This document shows positions 1-8,840 of a stretch of DNA of 64,000 nt, one piece after another. The stretch's first letter is position 1; each line of letters begins with the position of its first letter. A program made the translations under genes and the position numbers. This DNA comes from an uncultured Desulfobulbaceae bacterium. Its GTDB lineage: Bacteria; Desulfobacterota; Desulfobulbia; Desulfobulbales; Desulfocapsaceae. Below the pieces are notes generated by a model. It worked only from the letters and a program-made list of their open reading frames with translations, had not been told where the DNA came from and did not search any database. The stretch lies in contig CAISPV010000043.1 in NCBI GenBank assembly GCA_903887485.1, positions 33,628 to 97,627 on the forward strand, given 5' to 3'.

Positions 1-1
1 C

Positions 2-448
2 ACCGTGGTCCCTAAAGAGTGCGCCGCCTTTGACTCCCAAGGCAACCGGCAATTTATCCACCCCCTGTGGAACCGCCGCCACTGCACCAAGTTCAACGGC
101 GTATCCTATCCGGTGCAACGCGCGGCCGAGGCTATTTACAGCGAGGAAGGACAGGCCGAGACCAAGGAGCTTATCGCCTCGTACATGCGCAATGCCGATC
201 TGATCCGCCAGGAGATGGCAACCCTTGGTTATGATTTTGTAGGAGGCGAGAACGCGCCCTACATCTGGATCGATGCCAAGGGCGACTCATGGGAATTCTT
301 TGACATGCTGCTGAACAAGGCCGGCGTGGTCTGCACACCGGGCGCCGGATTCGGCAAATGCGGTGAAGGCTATATCCGCCTCTCCGCCTTCAACTCCCAG
401 GCCAATGTCGAAAAGGCCATGGCCCGTATCCGGGAAATGGGAAAGTAA
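2..448 (+). CDS. dapL: LL-diaminopimelate aminotransferase, C-terminal fragment (5' end lies upstream of the window)
   Basis: The frame is open from the window edge. The C-terminal fold-type I aminotransferase signature 'VVCTPGAGFGKCGEGYIRLSAFNSQANVEKAMARI' resembles DapL-type enzymes. Confidence 0.65.
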   Translation, partial: TVVPKECAAFDSQGNRQFIHPLWNRRHCTKFNGVSYPVQRAAEAIYSEEGQAETKELIASYMRNADLIRQEMATLGYDFVGGENAPYIWIDAKGDSWEFFDMLLNKAGVVCTPGAGFGKCGEGYIRLSAFNSQANVEKAMARIREMGK

Positions 449-483
449 CGACTCAAGCGAACAGACTTAACCTGCAACGCTTT

Positions 484-593
484 GTTGGGCGACGCTTCTT
501 ACCCGTTTTCAGTAGACCGAAAAGAGCCAGAAACAGTCAGTGGCTATTGTGGATTCAGTAAGGCGTAATTGTAATCTGGGATGGTCGCCCAAC
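484..593. repeat. Palindromic intergenic element: 10-bp inverted repeat GTTGGGCGAC / GTCGCCCAAC around a 90-nt spacer (GGGCGAC-core family)
   Basis: Perfect arms at 484-493 and 584-593. The right arm read in reverse gives GGGCGACCATCC, a 12-mer identical to one in the element at 17222-17324. Confidence 0.7.
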
Positions 594-605
594 GGACTAG
601 TCTAA

Positions 606-3600
606 TCAGCTCAATCTTTTTGTCAGGTCTATTCCAATAACCGTAATGTCGTCAACATTCGGGAATTTCGGAGAAATATACCGCCAATGGTCCTGAAGAG
701 CAACAGTCAGACCTGCAAAATCCACACGATTATCGCTACCGGGCACATCCCAACCAGCCTTCTCGCCCCGGTACACGAGCACAAAAATACCCAGATTTGA
801 GCGGTTGTCACGCAGATAGTCACCGCAAAGCTGGTTTTCAAGGCGTTCAAACAGTTTCGGTCCGGCCCAATTGTCGGCGAGTTTGAGTTCGGCAGGGACT
901 GGTCCATCGAAACCTACCCCATGGAATCTCAGGTCTGGCTTTTTGGCATCGGCAAACTCCTCTTCCTGTGGAATGGAATACCGTCCGAATGCTTTCTCTC
1001 GTAACTCCCGCCCAATGTACTTGCGCATATCTGTTTCATGCGTAACGGCTTGCAAAATGCCCGCGACGCTACTGTCACCATGTTCCAAATCGTCCTTGAG
1101 ATCTAAGAGCCGCAGGACGGCAAGTTCAGATAATTCTCTGTGATTGCGGGGAGTACGCTCCAGCTTCTCGTGGAAGTCCCTCACTTGCGAGGGCAACCAA
1201 GGTCCAATATCGCCGTCCTGTTCGGCCTTGGTCTTTGCATGAAGTAATATCCAGGGCCGAGATGCCTCTTCAGGATGCACCTTGGCGATGTCCATTAGCG
1301 CCAAAAACGACTCTTTGCCAGGAATCTGGCTCAGCAAGCTAAACAGGCTATCCCGTGCATCCTGCGCGTCGTCGCGCAATCCTGGCGAATAGGTGCCCTT
1401 TCCAGCACGTTCGATATCCTCTTCGCGCCGGATGTATTCATGCATCAGCAGGTATAGCGACTTCAGGTATTCCGGCGTTTTGAACGCCTGTCGCACAGCA
1501 GTTCCATTAACTCTGCGGCCACCCAAAAGATGAGCTACAAAAGTCATCGCGAACGAAGTTCGCTTCTTCGGAGCAGTTATCTTTCCAATTTGGGCTTTAA
1601 AAGCTGCAATTGCGGCTTCAGGAGCAACGCCGGTCCATACGGCAAACCAGCGAGCCACATGATCTGGATTCTTTATGACACGACATTTTCGAGATGCCAG
1701 CTTTTCGATGAGATCATCTGATATGTTTGATCCCTGAATAATCTTCAGCAGCTTGTCCAGGTTGGACAGGTTCTTCGGCTCCCTTTTCAGGAGATCGTAG
1801 ATGCTGGGCGCGATCTGGTCCCAAGCCCACTGGCCCGACCAGCTTAAGTCGCTTATGACGTAGTGTGTTTCTGTCTCTATCTTCTCTATTGATAACTCGT
1901 ACCTGATTTCTCGCATGAGAAAGTCGCACACAATCTTTGGGTGCGTCTCGGAAAGCTTAGGAAACCAAGAGGGGAAGCCATTTAACTCAAAAGATGCGTA
2001 TTTACACGCGAGTTCTACTTCCGCGGGGCTCAGATTATTCAGCCAGCCTTTGGTCTCATGAGCCTCGATCTCGAGGCCGATGAGACCAATGATAACAGCC
2101 AGTGATGTTTGGTTGAGTGGAGCGCCTTCTGATCGCAACTGTGGCTTATGGTTCCGCCAAATGAAAACTGTGCCATCCCTATAGAAGCGTGCGACTTCCT
2201 CTCCGTACTCTGGTATCAGCGTTTTCCAATTATACTCGGTCCACCGCCCCGTTGTACTATTCTTATCTCGAATCTGTTCAAAAAGATAGCGCAAGGAGTT
2301 TGTGATTAACCCAGGCTTTTCGCGGAGTGCAACTCGGTCTTCGTCAAGTTTGTCGTTGAGATATTTCTTCCAGTCCGTGTGGTATTTCTCTTGTTTCTTT
2401 CGATTGGCTTCGTCGCGCTGTTTCCATTTAGCTTCCTGTTGCTTCCTGCGGAGCGAATCCCGACTTTGAGCGGGCGGCCTCAAATAGGTGCCAAGGCGTT
2501 CAGACAGCTCATCATTGCCTGCGACCAACTTCTTTAGTTGTTCACGCCATACGCGCGGTCGACTAGCAGCGTTGTAGAGATTAAAGGCCAGCGACAAGGC
2601 AACCAATTTGTCGTCCAGAAGCGTTTGGCGGGAAATCTCCTCAGTGACATATTCAAAATCGCCTTCTTCGAACCGGCAGAACGATCTGAAAATCGAGGTT
2701 TTCCAAAAGTAGGTCAGCCGCTCTCCATTCTTCTTGTCAACGGCCTCTCTCGATTTTTGTACTTCGAACCAGAACAACGCCCGGTTCATCTCCTGCCATG
2801 CCGAAACGAGCTTTGGGAATTCGGCCTTGACGTCGGTCAGTTCATAGCTCGAGTAGTCACGCACAGCTGAAAATTTGTACAGGATTGCAAGCGCATCCGG
2901 TTCGAGCGATGCAGGATGACGGGCCAAGATCAATCGCTCGACCGCTTTGCATGCCGACGCCATCAACCATTGAAATTTCTCGGATACTTCGCAATACCGG
3001 CGTTCAATCATCGGGGGAAGGCTAAGCAGCCTGTTCAAACCGGTAACAAGCTGCGGAAGTAGCTCAATGCCGGTACTACCCACAAATTCTGTTACGCCGC
3101 CCGTCAGATGATCAACGGAAAAGCGCTCATTCGGCACGCTCTTTTCCAAGCACGCCAAGAGCCAAACCAAAGTCTGTTCTGTCGGCTGGACACCTTCGAG
3201 AAGTTCCGCAAGCCACTCCCGCTTAAGTTCAGATGCCTCTTCCAGAAAACTCTGACGGACATGCTCTTGATCCTCGTTGGAACCAATCGCCTTGATGGCC
3301 CTGAATGCCGTTATACGGGTGTACTGTTCTGCAGTTGGCATTAGCGCAACGTTCTTAGCTTCGGGTAGTGCGCCCACAAGCTCCCCGAGCCATACCATGC
3401 GGAATAGGAATGCCGTCAGATCTTCGTTGTCTGCATACTGTTGGAGCAACCTGCGAACGTCATCGGTCAGGTCAGAGTTTGCGAAACGCTGGACCGCCGC
3501 ATAATCTCGCATTGAGCCTCCAGTGGCACCGTCGGCCATTTGCTCACAAACTTCGTGCAGTACGTAGCGACGAACTTCTATAGGCAGCTGACTAGGATCG

Positions 3601-4952
3601 CCACCTTCAAAGATAATCTCAGGCGCAACTTTGCGGACACGCTCCCTGATCTTCTCATCCAGAATTGCCAGCCAAGGCAAAATTGGACGTAGCGTAGGTA
3701 CAACAATGTCCAAACCGTACTGATTGCGAAAGAATAGCCCTTCGATGGTTCGGCGCGATGTTTCACGCTTGAGTAGTTCAAAGAACCACTCAGCGGCAAG
3801 GTATTCACGTACCGAGCGATGGTGGAAGCGTACCGCGCCATAAATTTCGTCGTCGAATATGGGACGCGACAGCAACGTGGACTGATCCTTGTCGTCCCAA
3901 TCGGGAAGCACGGATTGAACTGCGATCCCTTTGGAGTTCTTGGCTCCATCGGGAACCCTGATCGTCGGGTCCTGAGCCAACGTAGTGGCTGCCGCCAGGA
4001 GCCTTGATCCCTGGCGAGCGCGCTCTGCCGAAAGTGGGCGTGCATCGGCACGACCTTGGTCACGCTCAGCCAGCCTTCGATCGATGCTGTTTCGCATGAT
4101 CTCAAGGCGGGTTCCAATCCGACCTCTGTCGAGCCAGAATTCAGTAAGTTCTTCCAGATCCTGAGGGCGCGACGTGAACGACCAGGCATCTGCACGTTCC
4201 ACGGCATCGAGAAAAGCTTTACTGTCCTCCATTCCCCGAGCCTTGGCTAACACCGCAATCTGATCAGATGTGAGATCATCGAGCGCAACGATCTTGAAAA
4301 CCGGTTGGGCCTTGCTCATCGTTTCAGATTCGATCTGCAAGCTTCCTTCAGGGCTATCATCCTCAGCCTGCGGATCACGTTCCGATGTGGCAACCACCGC
4401 ATAAGGCAGATGAGCGGTACAATAGGCAAGATCAGTCTTAGGCCGCCATGCTGTCGTTCGACCGGTTATGACGATATGCGTCCGGTCTTTGGCTATACTG
4501 ATCCGCCTGCTCAGCTTACGGATCGCGAGTTCAAAGTCGCCAGGATTTCGAAGACGCGCTTCGTCCACCGAGTCGAGGAGAAGCCAGCCCTCCTCACCAG
4601 ACGACAACCATTCCTCAAAGGCCTCACAAGTTCCGACCTCAAAAGCAACCTCGAAATCTCTGGGGATATGTTCCAAACGAAGAAAAAACGCAGGTTTTCC
4701 CTGTTCCCTAAGCGTGTGTGCGATGTTGCGGATTTCGGCAGTTTTGCCCGAGCCGGCCTCGGACAGAATGATCAGGCGGTACTTATTGATAAGGTCGGGC
4801 CAGCCGAGGCGCTCGCCAGCACCGAACGCACGGCTGACATCCACGTCGTCGTTTTGACTGCTATGTTCCGACAGCTCATGGAATGTCCTGTGGAGCTCGA
4901 CAAATTCAGAGTTTGAGTCGAAGGTAGTTGTCGGATCCATTTTGATCATCAC
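606..4952 (-). CDS. Large NACHT/STAND-like P-loop NTPase with a long helical-repeat region and a C-terminal PD-(D/E)xK-like nuclease motif; candidate defence or sensor protein
   Basis: Uninterrupted 1,448-aa ORF. It has Walker A 'SEAGSGKT', Walker B 'WLLLDSVDEARL' and 'HIVITGRT', in NACHT order near the N-terminus. The C-terminus reads 'KKPDLRFHGVGFDGPVPAELKLAD'. Alternative starts are GTG 4952, ATG 4949 and ATG 4940. Confidence 0.75.
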   Translation of the reverse strand: MMIKMDPTTTFDSNSEFVELHRTFHELSEHSSQNDDVDVSRAFGAGERLGWPDLINKYRLIILSEAGSGKTAEIRNIAHTLREQGKPAFFLRLEHIPRDFEVAFEVGTCEAFEEWLSSGEEGWLLLDSVDEARLRNPGDFELAIRKLSRRISIAKDRTHIVITGRTTAWRPKTDLAYCTAHLPYAVVATSERDPQAEDDSPEGSLQIESETMSKAQPVFKIVALDDLTSDQIAVLAKARGMEDSKAFLDAVERADAWSFTSRPQDLEELTEFWLDRGRIGTRLEIMRNSIDRRLAERDQGRADARPLSAERARQGSRLLAAATTLAQDPTIRVPDGAKNSKGIAVQSVLPDWDDKDQSTLLSRPIFDDEIYGAVRFHHRSVREYLAAEWFFELLKRETSRRTIEGLFFRNQYGLDIVVPTLRPILPWLAILDEKIRERVRKVAPEIIFEGGDPSQLPIEVRRYVLHEVCEQMADGATGGSMRDYAAVQRFANSDLTDDVRRLLQQYADNEDLTAFLFRMVWLGELVGALPEAKNVALMPTAEQYTRITAFRAIKAIGSNEDQEHVRQSFLEEASELKREWLAELLEGVQPTEQTLVWLLACLEKSVPNERFSVDHLTGGVTEFVGSTGIELLPQLVTGLNRLLSLPPMIERRYCEVSEKFQWLMASACKAVERLILARHPASLEPDALAILYKFSAVRDYSSYELTDVKAEFPKLVSAWQEMNRALFWFEVQKSREAVDKKNGERLTYFWKTSIFRSFCRFEEGDFEYVTEEISRQTLLDDKLVALSLAFNLYNAASRPRVWREQLKKLVAGNDELSERLGTYLRPPAQSRDSLRRKQQEAKWKQRDEANRKKQEKYHTDWKKYLNDKLDEDRVALREKPGLITNSLRYLFEQIRDKNSTTGRWTEYNWKTLIPEYGEEVARFYRDGTVFIWRNHKPQLRSEGAPLNQTSLAVIIGLIGLEIEAHETKGWLNNLSPAEVELACKYASFELNGFPSWFPKLSETHPKIVCDFLMREIRYELSIEKIETETHYVISDLSWSGQWAWDQIAPSIYDLLKREPKNLSNLDKLLKIIQGSNISDDLIEKLASRKCRVIKNPDHVARWFAVWTGVAPEAAIAAFKAQIGKITAPKKRTSFAMTFVAHLLGGRRVNGTAVRQAFKTPEYLKSLYLLMHEYIRREEDIERAGKGTYSPGLRDDAQDARDSLFSLLSQIPGKESFLALMDIAKVHPEEASRPWILLHAKTKAEQDGDIGPWLPSQVRDFHEKLERTPRNHRELSELAVLRLLDLKDDLEHGDSSVAGILQAVTHETDMRKYIGRELREKAFGRYSIPQEEEFADAKKPDLRFHGVGFDGPVPAELKLADNWAGPKLFERLENQLCGDYLRDNRSNLGIFVLVYRGEKAGWDVPGSDNRVDFAGLTVALQDHWRYISPKFPNVDDITVIGIDLTKRLS

Positions 4953-5051
4953 CCCAAGTTAACAGATCAGCGAGGTGCCGCAGATCTAGGATAGGATTTT
5001 CTAAATGCCTTTAGGCTCTGAGGCCCCGGCAGCAGGAGGACACCCAATAAA

Positions 5052-6002
5052 CTAAATCCTTGAGCATGTACACTCTGACTGCAGCACTGCCGGCTGGAAA
5101 GAGACCTGTTCTTCTTTGCCCGGCAGCTCGGTGACAACTGTCGCCCCATGCTCCTGCAGCCAATGGACAACCCCAAGCACCAGACGTTCAGGGGCAGAGG
5201 CCCCGGCCGTCACCCCAACGCTGGCATGTCCCTGCAACCATTCCGGATGGATATCGGTCTCATCATCAATCAGATATCCCGTCATTCCGGCCCTGACGCC
5301 AACCTCCCGCAACCTATTGGAATTGGAGCTGCTTTTCGAACCAACCACCAGGAGGATATCCGTCTTCTGCGCCAGTTCCTTCACCACATTCTGGCGATTC
5401 TGGGTGGCATAACAGACATTTGAGCGGGGGCCTCTGATGGCCGGAAAACGCTGTTCCAACTTCTTTCTGATCCCGGCGATATCGTTCTGGCTGAGGGTGG
5501 TCTGGGTGACATAGGCAACCCGCTGAGGATCAACAACCCGCACACCCTCTGCCTCCTCCTCCGAGGCGATGACATGCACCCGATTAGCGACCCGGCCAGC
5601 CACACCCTCCACCTCTGGATGCCGGTGATGGCCGATGATCAGGACCTCACACCCATCGGCATGATATTTTTCCACCATCCGGTGGACGCTGCTCACCAGG
5701 GGGCAGGTGGCATCAATAGTCCGCAGCCCAAGGATCTGCGCCTGTTGCTGAACGGCCACTGACACCCCGTGGGCGCTGAAGATACAGACCGCCCCCCGCG
5801 GGATATCGGCAAGTTCCACCATAAAAACAACGCCTAATTCCTCCAGCTCCTGGACGACATGTTTATTGTGCACGATCTCGTGGAGCACATAAATCGGCGG
5901 CCCATACTGTTCAAGGGCCAGACGCACAGTGGCAATGGCCCGCACCACACCGGCGCAGAACCCTCGGGGATTGGCCAGGATAATCTCTTTCAGCATACTC
6001 AT
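5052..6002 (-). CDS. ispH: 4-hydroxy-3-methylbut-2-enyl diphosphate reductase
   Basis: 'MLKEIILANPRGFCAGVVRAI' is the classic IspH/LytB N-terminus and the length is as expected. The start is ATG 6002 or ATG 5996. The TTG at 6050 given in the ORF track lies inside a repeat element and is rejected. Confidence 0.9.
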   Translation of the reverse strand: MSMLKEIILANPRGFCAGVVRAIATVRLALEQYGPPIYVLHEIVHNKHVVQELEELGVVFMVELADIPRGAVCIFSAHGVSVAVQQQAQILGLRTIDATCPLVSSVHRMVEKYHADGCEVLIIGHHRHPEVEGVAGRVANRVHVIASEEEAEGVRVVDPQRVAYVTQTTLSQNDIAGIRKKLEQRFPAIRGPRSNVCYATQNRQNVVKELAQKTDILLVVGSKSSSNSNRLREVGVRAGMTGYLIDDETDIHPEWLQGHASVGVTAGASAPERLVLGVVHWLQEHGATVVTELPGKEEQVSFQPAVLQSECTCSRI

Positions 6003-6034
6003 CAGCCAAGTAAAAAGGAGGAAATGAACGGTTA

Positions 6035-6217
6035 AACCTAAAAACGGCAATTACTTCATAATGTAAATACCGCTCCCCCTCATCCCCAGTCCTTCTCCCT
6101 CAGGGAGAAGGGAGAAAGCCGACCCTCTCCTTTTGGGAGAGGGTCGGGGTGAGGGAAAGGTTTAGCAATACAAGAAGTTGTTGCAAAATCACTGTATCCA
6201 ACTGCCGTTTTTAGGTT
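6035..6217. repeat. MITE-like GC-rich nested palindrome ('GEG' family), copy 1
   Basis: Perfect 15-bp terminal inverted repeat: AACCTAAAAACGGCA (6035-6049) / TGCCGTTTTTAGGTT (6203-6217). Internal hairpins are CCTTCTCCCTCAGGGAGAAGG and GACCCTCTCC..GGAGAGGGTC, and CCCCTCATCCCC pairs with GGGGTGAGGG. Confidence 0.8.
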
Positions 6218-6388
6218 AAAATCAAAAAGTCACAAAATGTAACGTAACAGATGAAAGAGCGGGCCTGCATCACTTTTTACCGGCAATATCTCTTTTTTCT
6301 TATTTCCAAGCCCTTCTTTTTCTGGTTAGTTGTAAATGATAAAGACTCAATACTCACCCTTCAACTTTTACCTATTCAACTTACTCCC

Positions 6389-7576
6389 ATGACGCACTCA
6401 CAATCGTTCACCGTTACCCAGCCAACCCGCATTCAGTTTGGTGTTGGCAGCATCAGCAATCTGGGCAGGACTGTTCAGGATTTTAATGGCACTAATGTGT
6501 TCCTGGTCATTGATCCAGGTCTGGTCAAGGCCGGGATTGTCAACCAGATCACCGCGCCGCTGGAGGCCGCCGCCATTCCCTATACCCTGTATGACCACGT
6601 CGATCCCGAACCGGGCCTGAAGCTTGCCGACAAGGGATACAAACTGGCCAAGACCAATGGCTGCGACTGCGTGATCGGCGCGGGCGGCGGTTCGGCCATG
6701 GATGTGGCCAAGGCCGTGGCGATCCTGCTGACCAATGGCGGCAAGGCCGCTGACTACCTCGGCCTTGACAAGATTCCCAAGGCCGGAGCACCCAAGATCA
6801 TGGTCCCCACCTCGGCTGGAACCGGCGCCGAGGTGACCTTCACCGCCGTGTTCATCAATGAAAAGACCGGTTCCAAAGGCGGTATGAATGGCGCTCCGCT
6901 CTATCCCGAGGCAGCCATCCTCGACCCGGCGTTGACCCTCAGCCTGCCGCCCCGCGTCACCGCCTTCACCGGCATTGACGCCCTGACCCATGCCCTTGAG
7001 GCCTATACCTCCACCCAAGCCCACACCATCTCCGAGATGTATTCACTGGAGGCTATCGACCTGATCAGCCGGAATCTTCCGAAGGCCTTTGCCAACGGCG
7101 CCAATCTGGAGGCCCGCTCCGCCATGCTCATGGGCAGTCTTTTGGGCGGCAAAGCCCTGGCCACTGCCGGCGTCGGTCTGGTTCACGCCATGGCCTATCC
7201 CATGGGCGGCATGTTCGGCATCGCCCACGGTCTTGCCAACGCGGTGCTGCTGCCCTACGTGATTGAATACAATCTCATCGGCAATCTGGAAAAATTCGCC
7301 ACCCTGGCCGCAGTCCTCGGCAAAAAAACCGACGACATGACCACCAGAGAAGCGGCAGAGCGCTGCGTGGAGGCCCTGTTTGAACTCAACGCTGATGTCG
7401 GCATCCCCGCCACCCTGCAGGATCTCGATATCCCAGACGATCAGATTCCCGAAATGGCCCGGATTGCCCTGACCGTGACCCGTCCGGTTGAAAACAACCC
7501 CCGGCAACCAACCCTGGACGATGTCATCAACATCTACCAGATGGCCTATGACGGTAACAGCTCGATTTTTTATTAA
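6389..7576 (+). CDS. Iron-containing (group III) alcohol dehydrogenase
   Basis: Fe-ADH hallmarks are present: 'CVIGAGGGSAMDVAKA' and His-rich 'GLVHAMAYPMGGMFGIAHGLANA'. The start is placed at the ATG giving 'MTHSQSF'; the upstream extension is AT-rich and not protein-like. Confidence 0.85.
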   Translation: MTHSQSFTVTQPTRIQFGVGSISNLGRTVQDFNGTNVFLVIDPGLVKAGIVNQITAPLEAAAIPYTLYDHVDPEPGLKLADKGYKLAKTNGCDCVIGAGGGSAMDVAKAVAILLTNGGKAADYLGLDKIPKAGAPKIMVPTSAGTGAEVTFTAVFINEKTGSKGGMNGAPLYPEAAILDPALTLSLPPRVTAFTGIDALTHALEAYTSTQAHTISEMYSLEAIDLISRNLPKAFANGANLEARSAMLMGSLLGGKALATAGVGLVHAMAYPMGGMFGIAHGLANAVLLPYVIEYNLIGNLEKFATLAAVLGKKTDDMTTREAAERCVEALFELNADVGIPATLQDLDIPDDQIPEMARIALTVTRPVENNPRQPTLDDVINIYQMAYDGNSSIFY

Positions 7577-7687
7577 TGATTTTTCAGTAAACCACAAATA
7601 CAACAGGGCGGATTATCAACCTATTGATAATCCGCCCATTCTTTTTTTCACACTTCCCTTAACGGCCAGATTTTATCAAATCTGGTT

Positions 7688-8665
7688 TCAAAACCTCTGA
7701 CGTTGATGCCAATGCCAGGCCGTGGCAATAATGTCATCGATTTTTGTATACTTGGGCCGCCAGAGAAGCTGCTGCATGGCAAGCGTGCTATCGGCCACCA
7801 GCGTTGCCGGATCGCCGGATCTTGGCGGCGCAGAGGTAAAGGTAATCTTTCTGCCGGTTACCTGTTCAGCGGAATGAATGATCTCCAACACCGAGAAACC
7901 ATTGCCATTGCCCAGGTTAAATCCATGAGCGCCAGCATTTTTCTCTAAAAAGGAGAGCGCCAGCAGATGGGCCTCACAGAGATCATTGATATGAATATAA
8001 TCACGGACACAGGTTCCATCCACCGTCTTGTATTCCCGGCCAAAGACCTTGAGTTCCCTCTGCTCTAACAACAAGGAACAGAGGACATTAGGGACAAGGT
8101 GCGTTTCCGGTTGATGGGATTCACCGATCTCGCCGCCAGGGTCGGCACCAGCGGCATTAAAATACCTGAGACTAACAGATCTGAGCCCATACGCCGAATG
8201 GTAATCACGCAGGATATGCTCCACCATGAGCTTGGTCTCACCGTAAGGGTTAATGGGCGCCTGGGAATGGGATTCGTTGATCCGTTCCTGAAGCGGGTTC
8301 CCAAAAATAGAGGCCGATGAGGAAAAGATAAATCGGGACACCCCATGATCGCGCATCGCGTCCAGCAGGTTTATAGTGCCAACCACATTGTTGGCATAAT
8401 AGAGGGCCGGATTGACAACCGACTCACCCACCAGCGATTTGGCAGAAAAATGCATGACCGCACCAAAATGGTGCCGGGAAAAAAGAGTTGCCAGATCCTC
8501 AGGGCGCAGCAGATCGCCCTGCACCAACTCAACTCCAAAAGATACAGCCTCTTTATGGCCGGTGCTCAGGTTATCAAAGACGGTTACCTGATGCCCCTGC
8601 CCCGCCAGCATTTTTACCATGTGAGAACCGATATATCCGGCCCCGCCACAAATCAGAATATTCAT
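7688..8665 (-). CDS. galE: UDP-glucose 4-epimerase
   Basis: Rossmann N-terminus 'MNILICGGAGYIGSH' and a short-chain dehydrogenase/epimerase YxxxK region ('YGETKLMVE'). Length is 325 aa. Confidence 0.85.
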   Translation of the reverse strand: MNILICGGAGYIGSHMVKMLAGQGHQVTVFDNLSTGHKEAVSFGVELVQGDLLRPEDLATLFSRHHFGAVMHFSAKSLVGESVVNPALYYANNVVGTINLLDAMRDHGVSRFIFSSSASIFGNPLQERINESHSQAPINPYGETKLMVEHILRDYHSAYGLRSVSLRYFNAAGADPGGEIGESHQPETHLVPNVLCSLLLEQRELKVFGREYKTVDGTCVRDYIHINDLCEAHLLALSFLEKNAGAHGFNLGNGNGFSVLEIIHSAEQVTGRKITFTSAPPRSGDPATLVADSTLAMQQLLWRPKYTKIDDIIATAWHWHQRQRF

Positions 8666-8691
8666 TTACCCACGACAATTGAAAAAATTTA

Positions 8692-8747
8692 GGTGCCGTA
8701 AGCAAGGCAAGCAAGGGCTATTTCTTGCTTGCCTTGCTTACGGCACC
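8692..8747 (-). terminator. Perfect 24-bp-stem hairpin followed (on the minus strand) by a T-run; intrinsic terminator or attenuator between ugd and galE
   Basis: GGTGCCGTAAGCAAGGCAAGCAAG (8692-8715), an 8-nt loop, then CTTGCTTGCCTTGCTTACGGCACC (8724-8747). The minus-strand downstream sequence is CTAAATTTTTTC. Confidence 0.6.
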
Positions 8748-8840
8748 TTATGCCGCGTCAAAGAAACAGCAGTCTTTTCCGGCTGTTTCTTTGCGTGGCG
8801 CCTTACTGCTCACCCAACAGGACCATACCCAAAAAAACCA

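Noticed and set aside
6003-6388. Extended starts for ispH (TTG 6050) and the alcohol dehydrogenase (ATG 6251), as in the ORF track.
   Set aside because: The extensions run into the MITE-like repeat and AT-rich spacer and add non-conserved hydrophobic or low-complexity residues ahead of canonical family N-termini.
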